A stretch of DNA of 64,000 nt from Promethearchaeota archaeon. GTDB taxonomy: Archaea > Asgardarchaeota > Lokiarchaeia > Sigyniarchaeales > SOKP01. Position numbers and translations under genes: made by a program. The notes beneath the pieces were generated by a model. It saw only the letters and a list, made by a program, of their open reading frames with translations, did no database searches and was not told the origin of the DNA. Within the stretch, counting starts at the first letter, position 1. Each line of letters begins with the position of its first letter. The stretch is from assembly GCA_016840085.1 (NCBI GenBank), contig JAEOTA010000085.1, forward strand, positions 17,441 through 81,440, in the 5' to 3' direction. Below are positions 38,342-46,889 of this stretch, one piece after another.

Positions 38342-39517
38342 TTAGTCTCTTTGACTTAACACTGTAACAGAACAAACACTAAACGCACCACCAAGATTGT
38401 GGGCTAATCCCGTTTTAGCGTCCGGAACTTGTCTTCCTTCTGCTCGTCCTTGAAGCTGTCTAGTAATCTCTTGGAGCATTCTACAACCAGTTGATCCTAT
38501 AGGATGTCCAAATGATTTTAAACCACCTGATGGATTTACTGCTGTTTCCCCATCCCAATTAAACGTACCATTCTTTAATTCTTCGGCAGCCATTCCACGA
38601 TCACAGAATTGTAAATCCTGACAATTTAATAATTCTGTAATGGTAAAACAATCATGAACCTCAGCAGCATCAATTTCTTTTCGTGGATCAGTTATATCTG
38701 CTTCTTTATACGCCATCTCAGCTGCTTTAACAGTGGCAGGGGCATGAGTAAAATCAAAATTAGGCCAATACCATGGAATGCTTGTATACACGGCAATTGA
38801 GTTTGCTTTTACAACTACATAATCGTCTGCATGAGCATAACTTTCTGCAAGTTCTGGGCTTGTTAAAATAAGTGCTGCTGCACCATCACTCATTGCACAA
38901 CAATCATAGCGACCAAGGGGATCTGCAATCATTGGAGCATTCAATGCTTGTTCAATTGAAATTTTCATTCTGAAATGAGCTTTTGGATGATAATATCCAT
39001 TATCATGATTCTTAACAGCAACTCGCGCTAAATCTTCTTTTGTCCATCCATATTCCTGAAAACTACGGGTAGCAAGTAAACAAAACATTGCAGGAGCTGA
39101 TGGGCGGGGATATACAGGATGACCAAAATATTTTGCGCTAGGAAGTCCTCTACCACCTTCATCCATTAGTTTTTCTACACCACAGGCCATAACAACATCA
39201 TACGCACCGGAAGCAACACCAAAACAAGCATTGCGGAAGGCATCCATACCTGAAGCACAATAATTCTCACATCTAGTAATTGGTTTTCCACCTAATCTTA
39301 ATGTATCTTCTAAAGTGGCGCCAGAAACACCTGTGAAGAAATAATAAACACCTAACCATGCTGCATCAATTTCATCTTTACTTACCCCTGCATCTTTGAA
39401 AGCACCATGGCATGCCTCACTTAAAAGGTCATACTGATTTTTATCCCAGAGTTCCCCATATTTCGTCGCGTCACATCCTATTATCGCAACCTGATCTTTT
39501 ATTCCATGTTTAACCAT
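38342..39517 (-). CDS. Archaeal-type acetyl-CoA acetyltransferase (thiolase), paralog 2
   Basis: YCASGMDAFRNA (active-site Cys), GHPIGSTGCRM, NLGGA. Start taken at ATG 39517 (the track starts at TTG 39526). About 80% aa identity to the neighbouring paralog. Confidence 0.85.
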   Translation of the reverse strand: MVKHGIKDQVAIIGCDATKYGELWDKNQYDLLSEACHGAFKDAGVSKDEIDAAWLGVYYFFTGVSGATLEDTLRLGGKPITRCENYCASGMDAFRNACFGVASGAYDVVMACGVEKLMDEGGRGLPSAKYFGHPVYPRPSAPAMFCLLATRSFQEYGWTKEDLARVAVKNHDNGYYHPKAHFRMKISIEQALNAPMIADPLGRYDCCAMSDGAAALILTSPELAESYAHADDYVVVKANSIAVYTSIPWYWPNFDFTHAPATVKAAEMAYKEADITDPRKEIDAAEVHDCFTITELLNCQDLQFCDRGMAAEELKNGTFNWDGETAVNPSGGLKSFGHPIGSTGCRMLQEITRQLQGRAEGRQVPDAKTGLAHNLGGAFSVCSVTVLSQRD

Positions 39518-39672
39518 AATACACAATCCAATAGTAATTTCTACTAAAATAATTAAGTTTTCTATTAAAAATTAATTGATTATATTAGTAAGAGTTTTTT
39601 AAATTTCCTAATATTTACACACAGTCTTAAAAAAAAGAAAAAGAAAAAAATAAGGATTTTTGTTATAAAATC

Positions 39673-40860
39673 TTAATCTCTTTGACCTAAAATAGTTACA
39701 GAGCACACACTATATGCTCCACCGAGATTGTGGCATAAACCTAATTTAGCGTCTGGAACTTGTCTTCCTTCTGCACGTCCTTGAAGTTGTTTAGTAATTT
39801 CTGTTAACATTCGACAACCTGTAGATCCTATTGGATGACCAAATGATTTCAGACCACCTGATGGATTTGTTGCTGTTTCACTATCCCAATTGAAGGTTCC
39901 ATTCTTTAATTCCTCGGCAGCCATTCCACGATCACAGAATTTCAAATCCTGACAATTAATTAATTCTGTAATTGTAAAACAGTCATGAATCTCAGCACAA
40001 TCAATTTCTTTTCGTGGATCAGTTATATCTGCTTCTTTATACGCCATCTCAGCTGCTTTAACAGTAGCAGGAAAGCTTGTAAAGTCAGCTCCAGGCCCAT
40101 TAGAAGGCACATACCATGGGGTATTAGTTCTGCATGAAAGAGCATTTGCTTTTACTAATATATAATCATCAGCATGAGCATAACTCTCTGCAAGTTCTGG
40201 TGTAGTCAATATTAGAGCTGCAGCGCCATCTGACATGGCACAGCAATCAAATCGTCCAAGAGGATCAGCAATCATAGGTGCATTCATTGCTTGTTCAATT
40301 GATATTTTTCTTCTAAAGTGAGCTTTTGGATGATAAGAACCGTTATCATGATTTTTCACTGCAACTCGAGCCAGATCTTCTTTTGTCCACCCAAATTCAT
40401 GAAAACTGCGGGTAGCAGCCATAGAGAACATTGCAGGAGCGGATGGGAGAGGTAATACAGGATGTCCGAAAATTTTGAATCCTGGAAGTCCACTTGACCC
40501 TTCATCCATTAGTTTTTCTACACCACAGGCCATAACAACATCATACACACCCGAAGCAATAGCAAAACAAGCATTTCGAAAGGCATCCATTCCTGAAGCA
40601 CAATAATTTTCTGTTCTCGTAATTGGTATTCCATCTAATCTTAACATATCCTCAATTGTAGCACCAGACATTCCTGTGAAATAATAATATATCCCCGCCC
40701 ATGCTGCTTCAATCTCATCTTTTTTAATGCCAGCATCTTTGTAAGCATCTCGAGCTGCTTCAAAAAGTAAATCATACTGACTTTTATCCCAGAGTTCTCC
40801 ATATTTTGTCATATCACAACCAATTATAGCAACTCTATCTCTTATCCCTTTAGTTACCAT
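39673..40860 (-). CDS. Archaeal-type acetyl-CoA acetyltransferase (thiolase), paralog 1
   Basis: Same motifs as paralog 2. GGAGGT Shine-Dalgarno 7-8 nt upstream. 16 nt downstream of the HMGCS-DUF35 gene. Confidence 0.85.
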   Translation of the reverse strand: MVTKGIRDRVAIIGCDMTKYGELWDKSQYDLLFEAARDAYKDAGIKKDEIEAAWAGIYYYFTGMSGATIEDMLRLDGIPITRTENYCASGMDAFRNACFAIASGVYDVVMACGVEKLMDEGSSGLPGFKIFGHPVLPLPSAPAMFSMAATRSFHEFGWTKEDLARVAVKNHDNGSYHPKAHFRRKISIEQAMNAPMIADPLGRFDCCAMSDGAAALILTTPELAESYAHADDYILVKANALSCRTNTPWYVPSNGPGADFTSFPATVKAAEMAYKEADITDPRKEIDCAEIHDCFTITELINCQDLKFCDRGMAAEELKNGTFNWDSETATNPSGGLKSFGHPIGSTGCRMLTEITKQLQGRAEGRQVPDAKLGLCHNLGGAYSVCSVTILGQRD

Positions 40861-40876
40861 TTTTTATCTACCTCCT

Positions 40877-42316
40877 TTACGGTCTCCCTCTTTCAGGGCG
40901 ACATTTCCAATAATAATTTAAAAATTCAGCTCCTTCATGTTCTTTTCTAAACGTCAATTCAACTCTCATACCTATATGAACTTTTTCCTCAGGTTTGTCT
41001 ATTTCTGTCATATTTAATAGAACTCTTCCACCACCATCTAAATCAATCACACATCGAGGTACAGGTGTGGCAAAATAATTACCACCCACGAGATGATCTA
41101 AGGTAAATGTAAAGATGGTTCCTTTTAACTCGAGTTTTACCGGTTCTAACTGATCATCTGCTCTACACACATAACAAGAACGTAAAAAGTCTGGATATTG
41201 AATTGTTCCGCAATTTTTACATTTAACTCCATACCACTTATATACTGATGCTGCATCACGCCATAGCGTTACAGCAGAGCTTTTTCTTTTATATCTATCT
41301 TTTTCAAGAACCTCCTTAAAATCAATAAATTTACTGTAATCTTTTAAGGTTGCCATAGATTTTTGATGTCCGACGACACCCATTCGAGTTTTTCCAAGAT
41401 CTCTTAGAGCATTTCTGTCTCGAACTTGCATTAAAATTGCGTCTGCTCCATCTCCAAATCCTGCCATAATTATCTTTGCATCAGGTTTAGGTCTTCTTAA
41501 AGCGGAAATTAAAAGTATAAATGGCATTGGAGTTCCTAAATCACCAACTTGAAAAAATACACTGTTTTGAGCAACCCCTTGTGAAAATTTCATCATCTTA
41601 GCTACTCTACCGTGCATTCTAGGATTATTATAATAATAAGCAGCAGCACCAATATCCTCAGGTTTTAAATTATTTCTTTTTAAAATTTCTGACATTGTTT
41701 TAGTTATATTCTCAAGATAAAACCTAGCATCCATCTTTGCTTCAAATGTCCTTATAAATTTATCTTTATCAGCTCTTTTCCATGGTCCAGTAACATTAGC
41801 AGCAACTGAATAATAATCATCAATTGATAAAGCTAGATTATCATCTTCTGATATAAGTAAAGCAGCTGCCCCATCAGCAAATCCATATTCCCACATCGTT
41901 GATGGTTCTGGCACACGTGTATCTGCAGCAATTACAAGAATGTTTCTAATATCTTTATTTGCTTTAATAGTATCAACAGCTCGAGCAACTGCACTTGTTC
42001 CTGCTTTCAAAGAATCTGTAAAATCAGCAGTAATTATATCCTCTCTCATATCTAATATAGTGGCGAGTAAGGATGCTGAATCCTTTTCTGTATAGACTTG
42101 AGTTGTTGATGCAAAATATAATCCATCAATTGTTTTTGGATCAATTCCCATTAGGCAATCTAAACCGGCTTCAACTGACATAGTAATACTATCTTCATCT
42201 GCCATCGCAACAGCTTTAGTACCAGGAACGACAGGGAAATCCCATGCTTTCCCGATTAACTCTCTTGGTAATAGATATTTTGGCAAATAAGCTCCATATG
42301 ATTTAATTCCAATCAA
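40877..42316 (-). CDS. HMG-CoA synthase fused to a C-terminal DUF35 (zinc ribbon plus OB fold) domain
   Basis: Start re-set to TTG 42316 (GGAG 10 nt upstream), giving (M)IGIKSYGAYLPKY, typical of HMGCS. The C-terminus has CKNCGTIQYP...CYVCRADD followed by an OB-like segment. Confidence 0.8.
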   Translation of the reverse strand: MIGIKSYGAYLPKYLLPRELIGKAWDFPVVPGTKAVAMADEDSITMSVEAGLDCLMGIDPKTIDGLYFASTTQVYTEKDSASLLATILDMREDIITADFTDSLKAGTSAVARAVDTIKANKDIRNILVIAADTRVPEPSTMWEYGFADGAAALLISEDDNLALSIDDYYSVAANVTGPWKRADKDKFIRTFEAKMDARFYLENITKTMSEILKRNNLKPEDIGAAAYYYNNPRMHGRVAKMMKFSQGVAQNSVFFQVGDLGTPMPFILLISALRRPKPDAKIIMAGFGDGADAILMQVRDRNALRDLGKTRMGVVGHQKSMATLKDYSKFIDFKEVLEKDRYKRKSSAVTLWRDAASVYKWYGVKCKNCGTIQYPDFLRSCYVCRADDQLEPVKLELKGTIFTFTLDHLVGGNYFATPVPRCVIDLDGGGRVLLNMTEIDKPEEKVHIGMRVELTFRKEHEGAEFLNYYWKCRPERGRP

Positions 42317-42479
42317 TTTTAATTTTCTCCTTTTTTTGATTTTAGTATTTTGTTTTAAATTTATTATATATATGAATTTGAATGTAATAAGATAAAAATA
42401 TTTCTGCAAATTAGAATGAAAAAGTAACACAAAAAAAATATTTTTTGCAGAGTTGTATCCTTTATTGCTTTTATTTTTT

Positions 42480-42501
42480 TAAGGATTTAATTTAATCCTT
42501 A
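42480..42501. promoter_or_regulatory. Inverted repeat TAAGGAT N8 ATCCTTA in the divergent HMGCS/lyase intergenic region
   Basis: 7-bp perfect arms. Position fits an operator or a leader hairpin. Confidence 0.25.
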
Positions 42502-42566
42502 CAAGTAAATACTTAAATCTATCAATTCTACGAATTTATAAGAGACTCCTTTATAATGGGAATAAT

Positions 42567-42653
42567 ATGGGAGGATATCTACGAAATCTTTTTCAAATCA
42601 TTATTCTTAATTCACCTATAATTAGAATTTATATAAACAGATGGTTTAAATGA
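42567..42653 (+). CDS. Candidate 28-codon upstream ORF overlapping the lyase start (ATGA)
   Basis: MGGYLRNLFQIIILNSPIIRIYINRWFK*. TGA 42651-42653 overlaps ATG 42650-42652. No Shine-Dalgarno seen, so this is speculative. Confidence 0.25.
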   Translation: MGGYLRNLFQIIILNSPIIRIYINRWFK

Positions 42654-44047
42654 ATGGACCCCCCGAACCTTTTAAAATTAAGATGATTGAACATGTTGGA
42701 ATGCCAGATCAAATAAGAAGAAGTGAAGCAATTAGAGAAGCTGGTTATAATACATTTCTATTAAGATCCGAGGATGTTTACATTGATCTCCTAACCGATT
42801 CTGGTACATCCGCCATGTCAGATTATCAATGGAGTGGTCTTCTTTTAGGTGATGAAGCCTATGCTGGAGCCCGAAATTTTTATAATCTCGAAAAAGCAAT
42901 ACAGGATGTACTTGGTTATAAATATATCGTTCCAACTCACCAGGGTCGTGGTGCTGAGCATCTTATGTATAGTTACCTCGTAAAATCAGGTCAGCTTGTT
43001 CCAAGAAATATGTATTTTACTACTTCAAAACTCCATGTTGAGCTTCCTGGTGGAAAAATGGTTGATGTCATCATTGATGAGGCACATGATCCAGAAAATT
43101 TACATCTATTTAAGGGTAATATAGATTTCAAAAAATTACAAGCATTTATTGATGAATATGGAGTAGAAAAAATCGCTTTTGTGAATGTTGAAATGGACGT
43201 GAATATGGCAGGAGGGCAACCTGTATCTATGCAAAATCTTCGTGATTTACGAGAATTTTGCAACGATTATAATTTGAAAATAATATATGATGCTACAAGA
43301 TCGAGTGAAAATGCATATTTTATTCGAGAACGTGAAAGAGGTTATGAAAATACACCAATTATAGATATTTTGAGAGAAATGATGAGTTATTCTGATGGAT
43401 GTATTTATAGTTCAAAAAAGGACTGTCTAGTAAATATTGGTGGTTTTCTTGCCACAAGTGATAAGGATATTTTTGAACATTGCCGTAATATGGTTGTTGT
43501 TTATGAGGGATTGCATACTTATGGAGGTATGGCGGGTCGAGATATGGAAGCTGTAGCAAGAGGATTAAAAGAAAGCACATCATATGAATATTTAAAGTAT
43601 AGGATAAATCAAGTTCGCTATCTGGGCGATTTATTGATGAAAGCAGGAGTTCCTATCGTAAAACCTACAGGTGGGCACGGTGTATTTATAAATGCATTAA
43701 AATTTTTACCCCATCTTGAAAGAAAACAATGGCCCGCCCAAACCCTTGCTGCAGCCATTTATGAAGACTCGGGCGTCAGAAGTATGGAACGAGGTGCAGT
43801 ATCAAAAGGACGAGATAAAGAAACAGGGGAAAACATCTTTCCAGCATTAGAGCTCGTGAGACTCACAATTCCTCGAAGAGTTTACACAAACACACATATG
43901 GAGTATACAGCGGAGTCAGTAATTCGCCTATATGAAAAGCGAGACTCTATCAGAGGTTTAAAGATGGTATATGAACCAGAATATCTCCGTTTTTTTCAAT
44001 CTCGTTTTGAAGTCCTAGAGTCATCAAAGTCATACTTAGAGACATAA
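42650..44047 (+). CDS. Beta-eliminating lyase family: tryptophanase / tyrosine phenol-lyase
   Basis: 465 aa. PLP-lysine motif YSSKKDCLVNIGGFL, DLLTDSGT, C-terminal LRFFQSRFE. The last ~12 residues (VLESSKSYLET) lie beyond the duplicated segment. Confidence 0.85.
   Translation: MNGPPEPFKIKMIEHVGMPDQIRRSEAIREAGYNTFLLRSEDVYIDLLTDSGTSAMSDYQWSGLLLGDEAYAGARNFYNLEKAIQDVLGYKYIVPTHQGRGAEHLMYSYLVKSGQLVPRNMYFTTSKLHVELPGGKMVDVIIDEAHDPENLHLFKGNIDFKKLQAFIDEYGVEKIAFVNVEMDVNMAGGQPVSMQNLRDLREFCNDYNLKIIYDATRSSENAYFIRERERGYENTPIIDILREMMSYSDGCIYSSKKDCLVNIGGFLATSDKDIFEHCRNMVVVYEGLHTYGGMAGRDMEAVARGLKESTSYEYLKYRINQVRYLGDLLMKAGVPIVKPTGGHGVFINALKFLPHLERKQWPAQTLAAAIYEDSGVRSMERGAVSKGRDKETGENIFPALELVRLTIPRRVYTNTHMEYTAESVIRLYEKRDSIRGLKMVYEPEYLRFFQSRFEVLESSKSYLET
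43845..44011 (+). repeat. Direct repeat copy 1 (3' end of lyase gene)
   Basis: 167 bp aligning without gaps to 45617..45783, by eye about 85% identity, offset 1772 bp. Confidence 0.85.
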
Positions 44048-44383
44048 CAATTGCGACTATCAAACACAAATTTAGTAATTTTCTATATTTTTTCATACAT
44101 TTACTCACTTTTGATTTCTTTAATTTTCGATTATTTTCAAAATGTTTATGATTAAAAAAAAAAAAATCACCTCTAATATTTAACATTTTTCTTAAGAGGG
44201 AAAATTAGATGCAGGAAATTAAGAAAATAAGCAAGAAAATGACTAAGATTTTATAATTTTAAGCTCTTTTAATTTATTGTTTATTGGAAATTTGTCGGGG
44301 TCCTGACTATTAATTTTCCGTGCAATTATCAGTGTAGTGAGAAGTCAAAAAGATACAGGGATATACAACGTGGCTTTGGAATT

Positions 44384-45289
44384 GTGTTAGAGGGTATTGG
44401 AGAGAGACATAGTAATTATAACCAAATCTTATATAATGAATTATATTATGGGGATGTGGGGATTTATTTAGATAATTCAAATTATAATACCATTAAATAT
44501 AATACTTTTTTTAAAAATCGAGTATTTATACAAGAAGAAAATAATTGTATAGGAAATATTATTGAAGACAATTATTACGTAAAAAGAGCTTATTTTAATT
44601 GGTCTATTATAATTATAGCAGTAATAGTCTTAATAATCATATCTGTGTGTATTTTTTTATATTATAAATTAAAGAAGAAGAAAGCCTCTATGAAATCAGA
44701 AACTGAAGATGAAATAGCGGAGTCAGTCACTATCCAAAGTGAAACATTGATTTCTGAAGAAGAGCAGACTCCAAAGATATTTCCACATGAAATTGAACAA
44801 AAAGAGTCTCAAACTTCTATGGTTGAATCCATCTCTGTTGAAGATGATGTACCACCCCTTATAGAGCAACTTCCTGAAATCAGTCCTGTAGATAAATTTA
44901 ACATTTTTTTAAGCTATTCTACTTTAGATTCGCAGTATTTCCAAATAGAAAAGATTGTGGAGCTTCTGGAGCAATATCCCGAAATTGGTAAGATATATTA
45001 TTGGGAAGCGGACAGTAAAGAAAATATCGTTGAATTTATGAATGAGACCTTAAAAAAAATTAATGTATTTATTCTCCTCTGCAGTGAGAATTCACTCAAA
45101 TCTAAAGCTGTGAATGACGAATGGCAAGCAGCGTTTCAGATGCGAAAAGAAGGATTATTAAAAATTATCCCTGTATATGAACAACAAGACCATATACCAA
45201 ATATCTTATGGCATTTACTTAATGTAAAGTATACCAAAGACGACTTTAAAGGCTTTCTTGAGAACTTGCATCGTGAAATTTTGAGATAA
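44384..45289 (+). CDS. Membrane-anchored TIR-domain protein with a short N-terminal beta-helix (PbH1-like) remnant
   Basis: N-terminus GIYLDNSNYNTIKYNTFFKN, TM helix WSIIIIAVIVLIIISVCIFLYY, acidic linker. TIR: FNIFLSYSTLDS...VFILLCSENSLKSKAVNDEWQAAF...IIPVY, with the conserved Glu. Confidence 0.7.
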   Translation: MLEGIGERHSNYNQILYNELYYGDVGIYLDNSNYNTIKYNTFFKNRVFIQEENNCIGNIIEDNYYVKRAYFNWSIIIIAVIVLIIISVCIFLYYKLKKKKASMKSETEDEIAESVTIQSETLISEEEQTPKIFPHEIEQKESQTSMVESISVEDDVPPLIEQLPEISPVDKFNIFLSYSTLDSQYFQIEKIVELLEQYPEIGKIYYWEADSKENIVEFMNETLKKINVFILLCSENSLKSKAVNDEWQAAFQMRKEGLLKIIPVYEQQDHIPNILWHLLNVKYTKDDFKGFLENLHREILR

Positions 45290-45330
45290 TAGAGAGAAAT
45301 ATAAATAACAGATTCAACATACTCTTTCTA

Positions 45331-45340
45331 TTTTTTTTTT
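45331..45340 (+). terminator. Oligo-T tract (T10) downstream of the TIR gene
   Basis: T10 lies 42 nt after the TIR stop. Archaeal RNA polymerase terminates at oligo-T. Confidence 0.4.
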
Positions 45341-45471
45341 AAATATGTACCTATTACTTTAGAGTAATAGAAAGAGCAGTAGTGAGAGCGAAGACAAATA
45401 GACGAAAATGTGTCTTACCTTATGATATTTGAAATATATGAAAAAAAGAAAATAAAGACATAAGAATAATT

Positions 45472-45792
45472 ATGGGAGTAATTGATAATTATCTTAAATC
45501 AAAAGAAAAGAAGAAATACTATTGCTTAAGCTGTTTCCTGTATACCAAGAAAAGATATGTTCTCCATGTTCTTGAAGATGAGACAGGAAAGGTATATAAA
45601 TGTCCAAATTGTCCACCATTAGAGCTCGTTAGACTCACAATTCCTCGAAGGGTCTATACTAACACACATTTGGAATATACGGCGGAATCAGTGATTCGCC
45701 TATATGAAAAACGGGACACTATTAGAGGGTTAAAAATGGTATATGAGCCCCAATATCTACGGTTTTTTCAGGCGCGATTTGAAAAATTATAA
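45472..45792 (+). CDS. Chimeric ORF: novel zinc-ribbon N-terminus fused in frame to the duplicated lyase C-terminus
   Basis: MGVIDNYLKSKEKKKYYCLSCFLYTKKRYVLHVLEDETGKVYKCPNCPP plus LELVRLTIPRRVYTNTHLEYTAESVIRLYEKRDTIRGLKMVYEPQYLRFFQARFEKL*. Confidence 0.5.
   Translation: MGVIDNYLKSKEKKKYYCLSCFLYTKKRYVLHVLEDETGKVYKCPNCPPLELVRLTIPRRVYTNTHLEYTAESVIRLYEKRDTIRGLKMVYEPQYLRFFQARFEKL
45617..45783 (+). repeat. Direct repeat copy 2 (lyase 3' end)
   Basis: See copy 1. It ends in FQARFEKL*, which resembles a canonical lyase C-terminus. Confidence 0.85.
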
Positions 45793-45961
45793 AAAAGATA
45801 ATTTTTAGAATAAATATCAGCCAAAAATAAAAAAGTTAGGGAAAGAGAATGGATGTTCCTGTTTTTTTCTTAGCAATCCATTGCCGCATTTCCTCATAAC
45901 ATTCCACGCAGTACTATGCGCCATCGCGTAGGTTGTACGTCATGTCTTGGTCTGATCTTGC

Positions 45962-46663
45962 TTATTCTCTAACCTTTTCTATGGATAAAATAACTCTTTT
46001 TAATTCCCAATTAGGATCTCTCTTACCAGGAAATTCCAAAATCTCCTTACATTGTAAACCCAAATTTTCTAAAAGTCCATTCCATTCTTGTACTGTTAAA
46101 ACTTTTGAACTTTTTTCACCTTTATATTTCCTTCTGATTATTTTTTGAAAAATAAATCCGATAATTTTTCCTATTTTTGTGCGCCATTTATCTGGGGCAC
46201 ATATATCTGCTATTACTAATCTTCCATTATTTTTTATGACTCTTTTAAACTCATTTAATGCTTTTTCAACCTTCATATGACGGATAGCAAAAGAGCTTAT
46301 TATCAAATCAAATGAACTATCACTAAAAGGAATATTTTCTCCATTTCCCTTTTCTGTAATAATAAAGTTTTCAAAACCTTGCTCTTTTATATTTTTTTTA
46401 GCAATCGCAATCATTTCATCCACGGGTTCAAGAGCAATTATCTTAAAGTTATTAGATATCTTTTTTGCAAGAGCTAAAGAAGTGAGTCCTGTTCCTGCTC
46501 CTACATCTAATATTCTAATATCGGGTTTTAATTCACATAATTTTATAAAAGATTTCATAAAATCTTCATAATTAATACCTGATCTCTCAAACATCCTTAA
46601 CTTATCATCCTCATAAGAAAGAGCCCATTTTTTATATTGTTCTTCAATTTTTTTTTCTTTCAT
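45962..46663 (-). CDS. Class I SAM-dependent methyltransferase
   Basis: Motif I ILDVGAGTGLTSLAL and post-I/II regions (FDLIISSFAIRHM, NGRLVIAD). Confidence 0.8.
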   Translation of the reverse strand: MKEKKIEEQYKKWALSYEDDKLRMFERSGINYEDFMKSFIKLCELKPDIRILDVGAGTGLTSLALAKKISNNFKIIALEPVDEMIAIAKKNIKEQGFENFIITEKGNGENIPFSDSSFDLIISSFAIRHMKVEKALNEFKRVIKNNGRLVIADICAPDKWRTKIGKIIGFIFQKIIRRKYKGEKSSKVLTVQEWNGLLENLGLQCKEILEFPGKRDPNWELKRVILSIEKVRE

Positions 46664-46673
46664 TTTTTCATCT

Positions 46674-46889
46674 CTAATTTGGTTTTTCTACAATGAAATG
46701 TCCAAGCGCGTTTTTATACTTATAATTTAATTTAACAAAACCTGATTTTCTCAACAGATTTATACATTTTTTCTTAGATAAAAATTTCCATGATAAGAGA
46801 GGGCATGGAATAATCGTTCCAACAGTTCGCAATGGTTCTATTGATAGAAATTTACCTCTTGGACGAAGCACTCTAAAAACTTCTGACAA
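46674..46889 (-). pseudogene. C-terminal remnant of a second SAM methyltransferase (no SAM-binding N-terminus)
   Basis: SEVFRVLRPRGKFLSIEP is the typical Methyltransf_11 post-motif. An in-frame stop lies 2 codons upstream of the TTG. Confidence 0.5.

Larger units (their letters stand above)
44012..45616. mobile_element. Inserted cassette carrying the TM-TIR gene, bracketed by the 167-bp duplication
   Basis: Bounded by direct repeats 43845..44011 and 45617..45783. Contains an A13 tract (44154-44166), the TIR ORF and a zinc-ribbon ORF start. No recombinase ORF. Confidence 0.5.

Noticed and set aside
44154-44166. A13 tract as a retroelement poly-A tail marking the TIR cassette end
   Set aside because: No reverse-transcriptase ORF is present. 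The tract is internal to the cassette rather than at a repeat boundary. Homopolymer runs are common at this AT content, and on the minus strand it may simply be an oligo-T terminator.
43950-44186. 78-aa minus-strand ORF overlapping the lyase 3' end, with an internal signal-peptide-like MKKYRKLLNLCLIVAIVMSL
   Set aside because: It overlaps the confident lyase CDS on the opposite strand and has no downstream mature domain. Possibly a relic of an element-borne gene, but unsupported as a gene.
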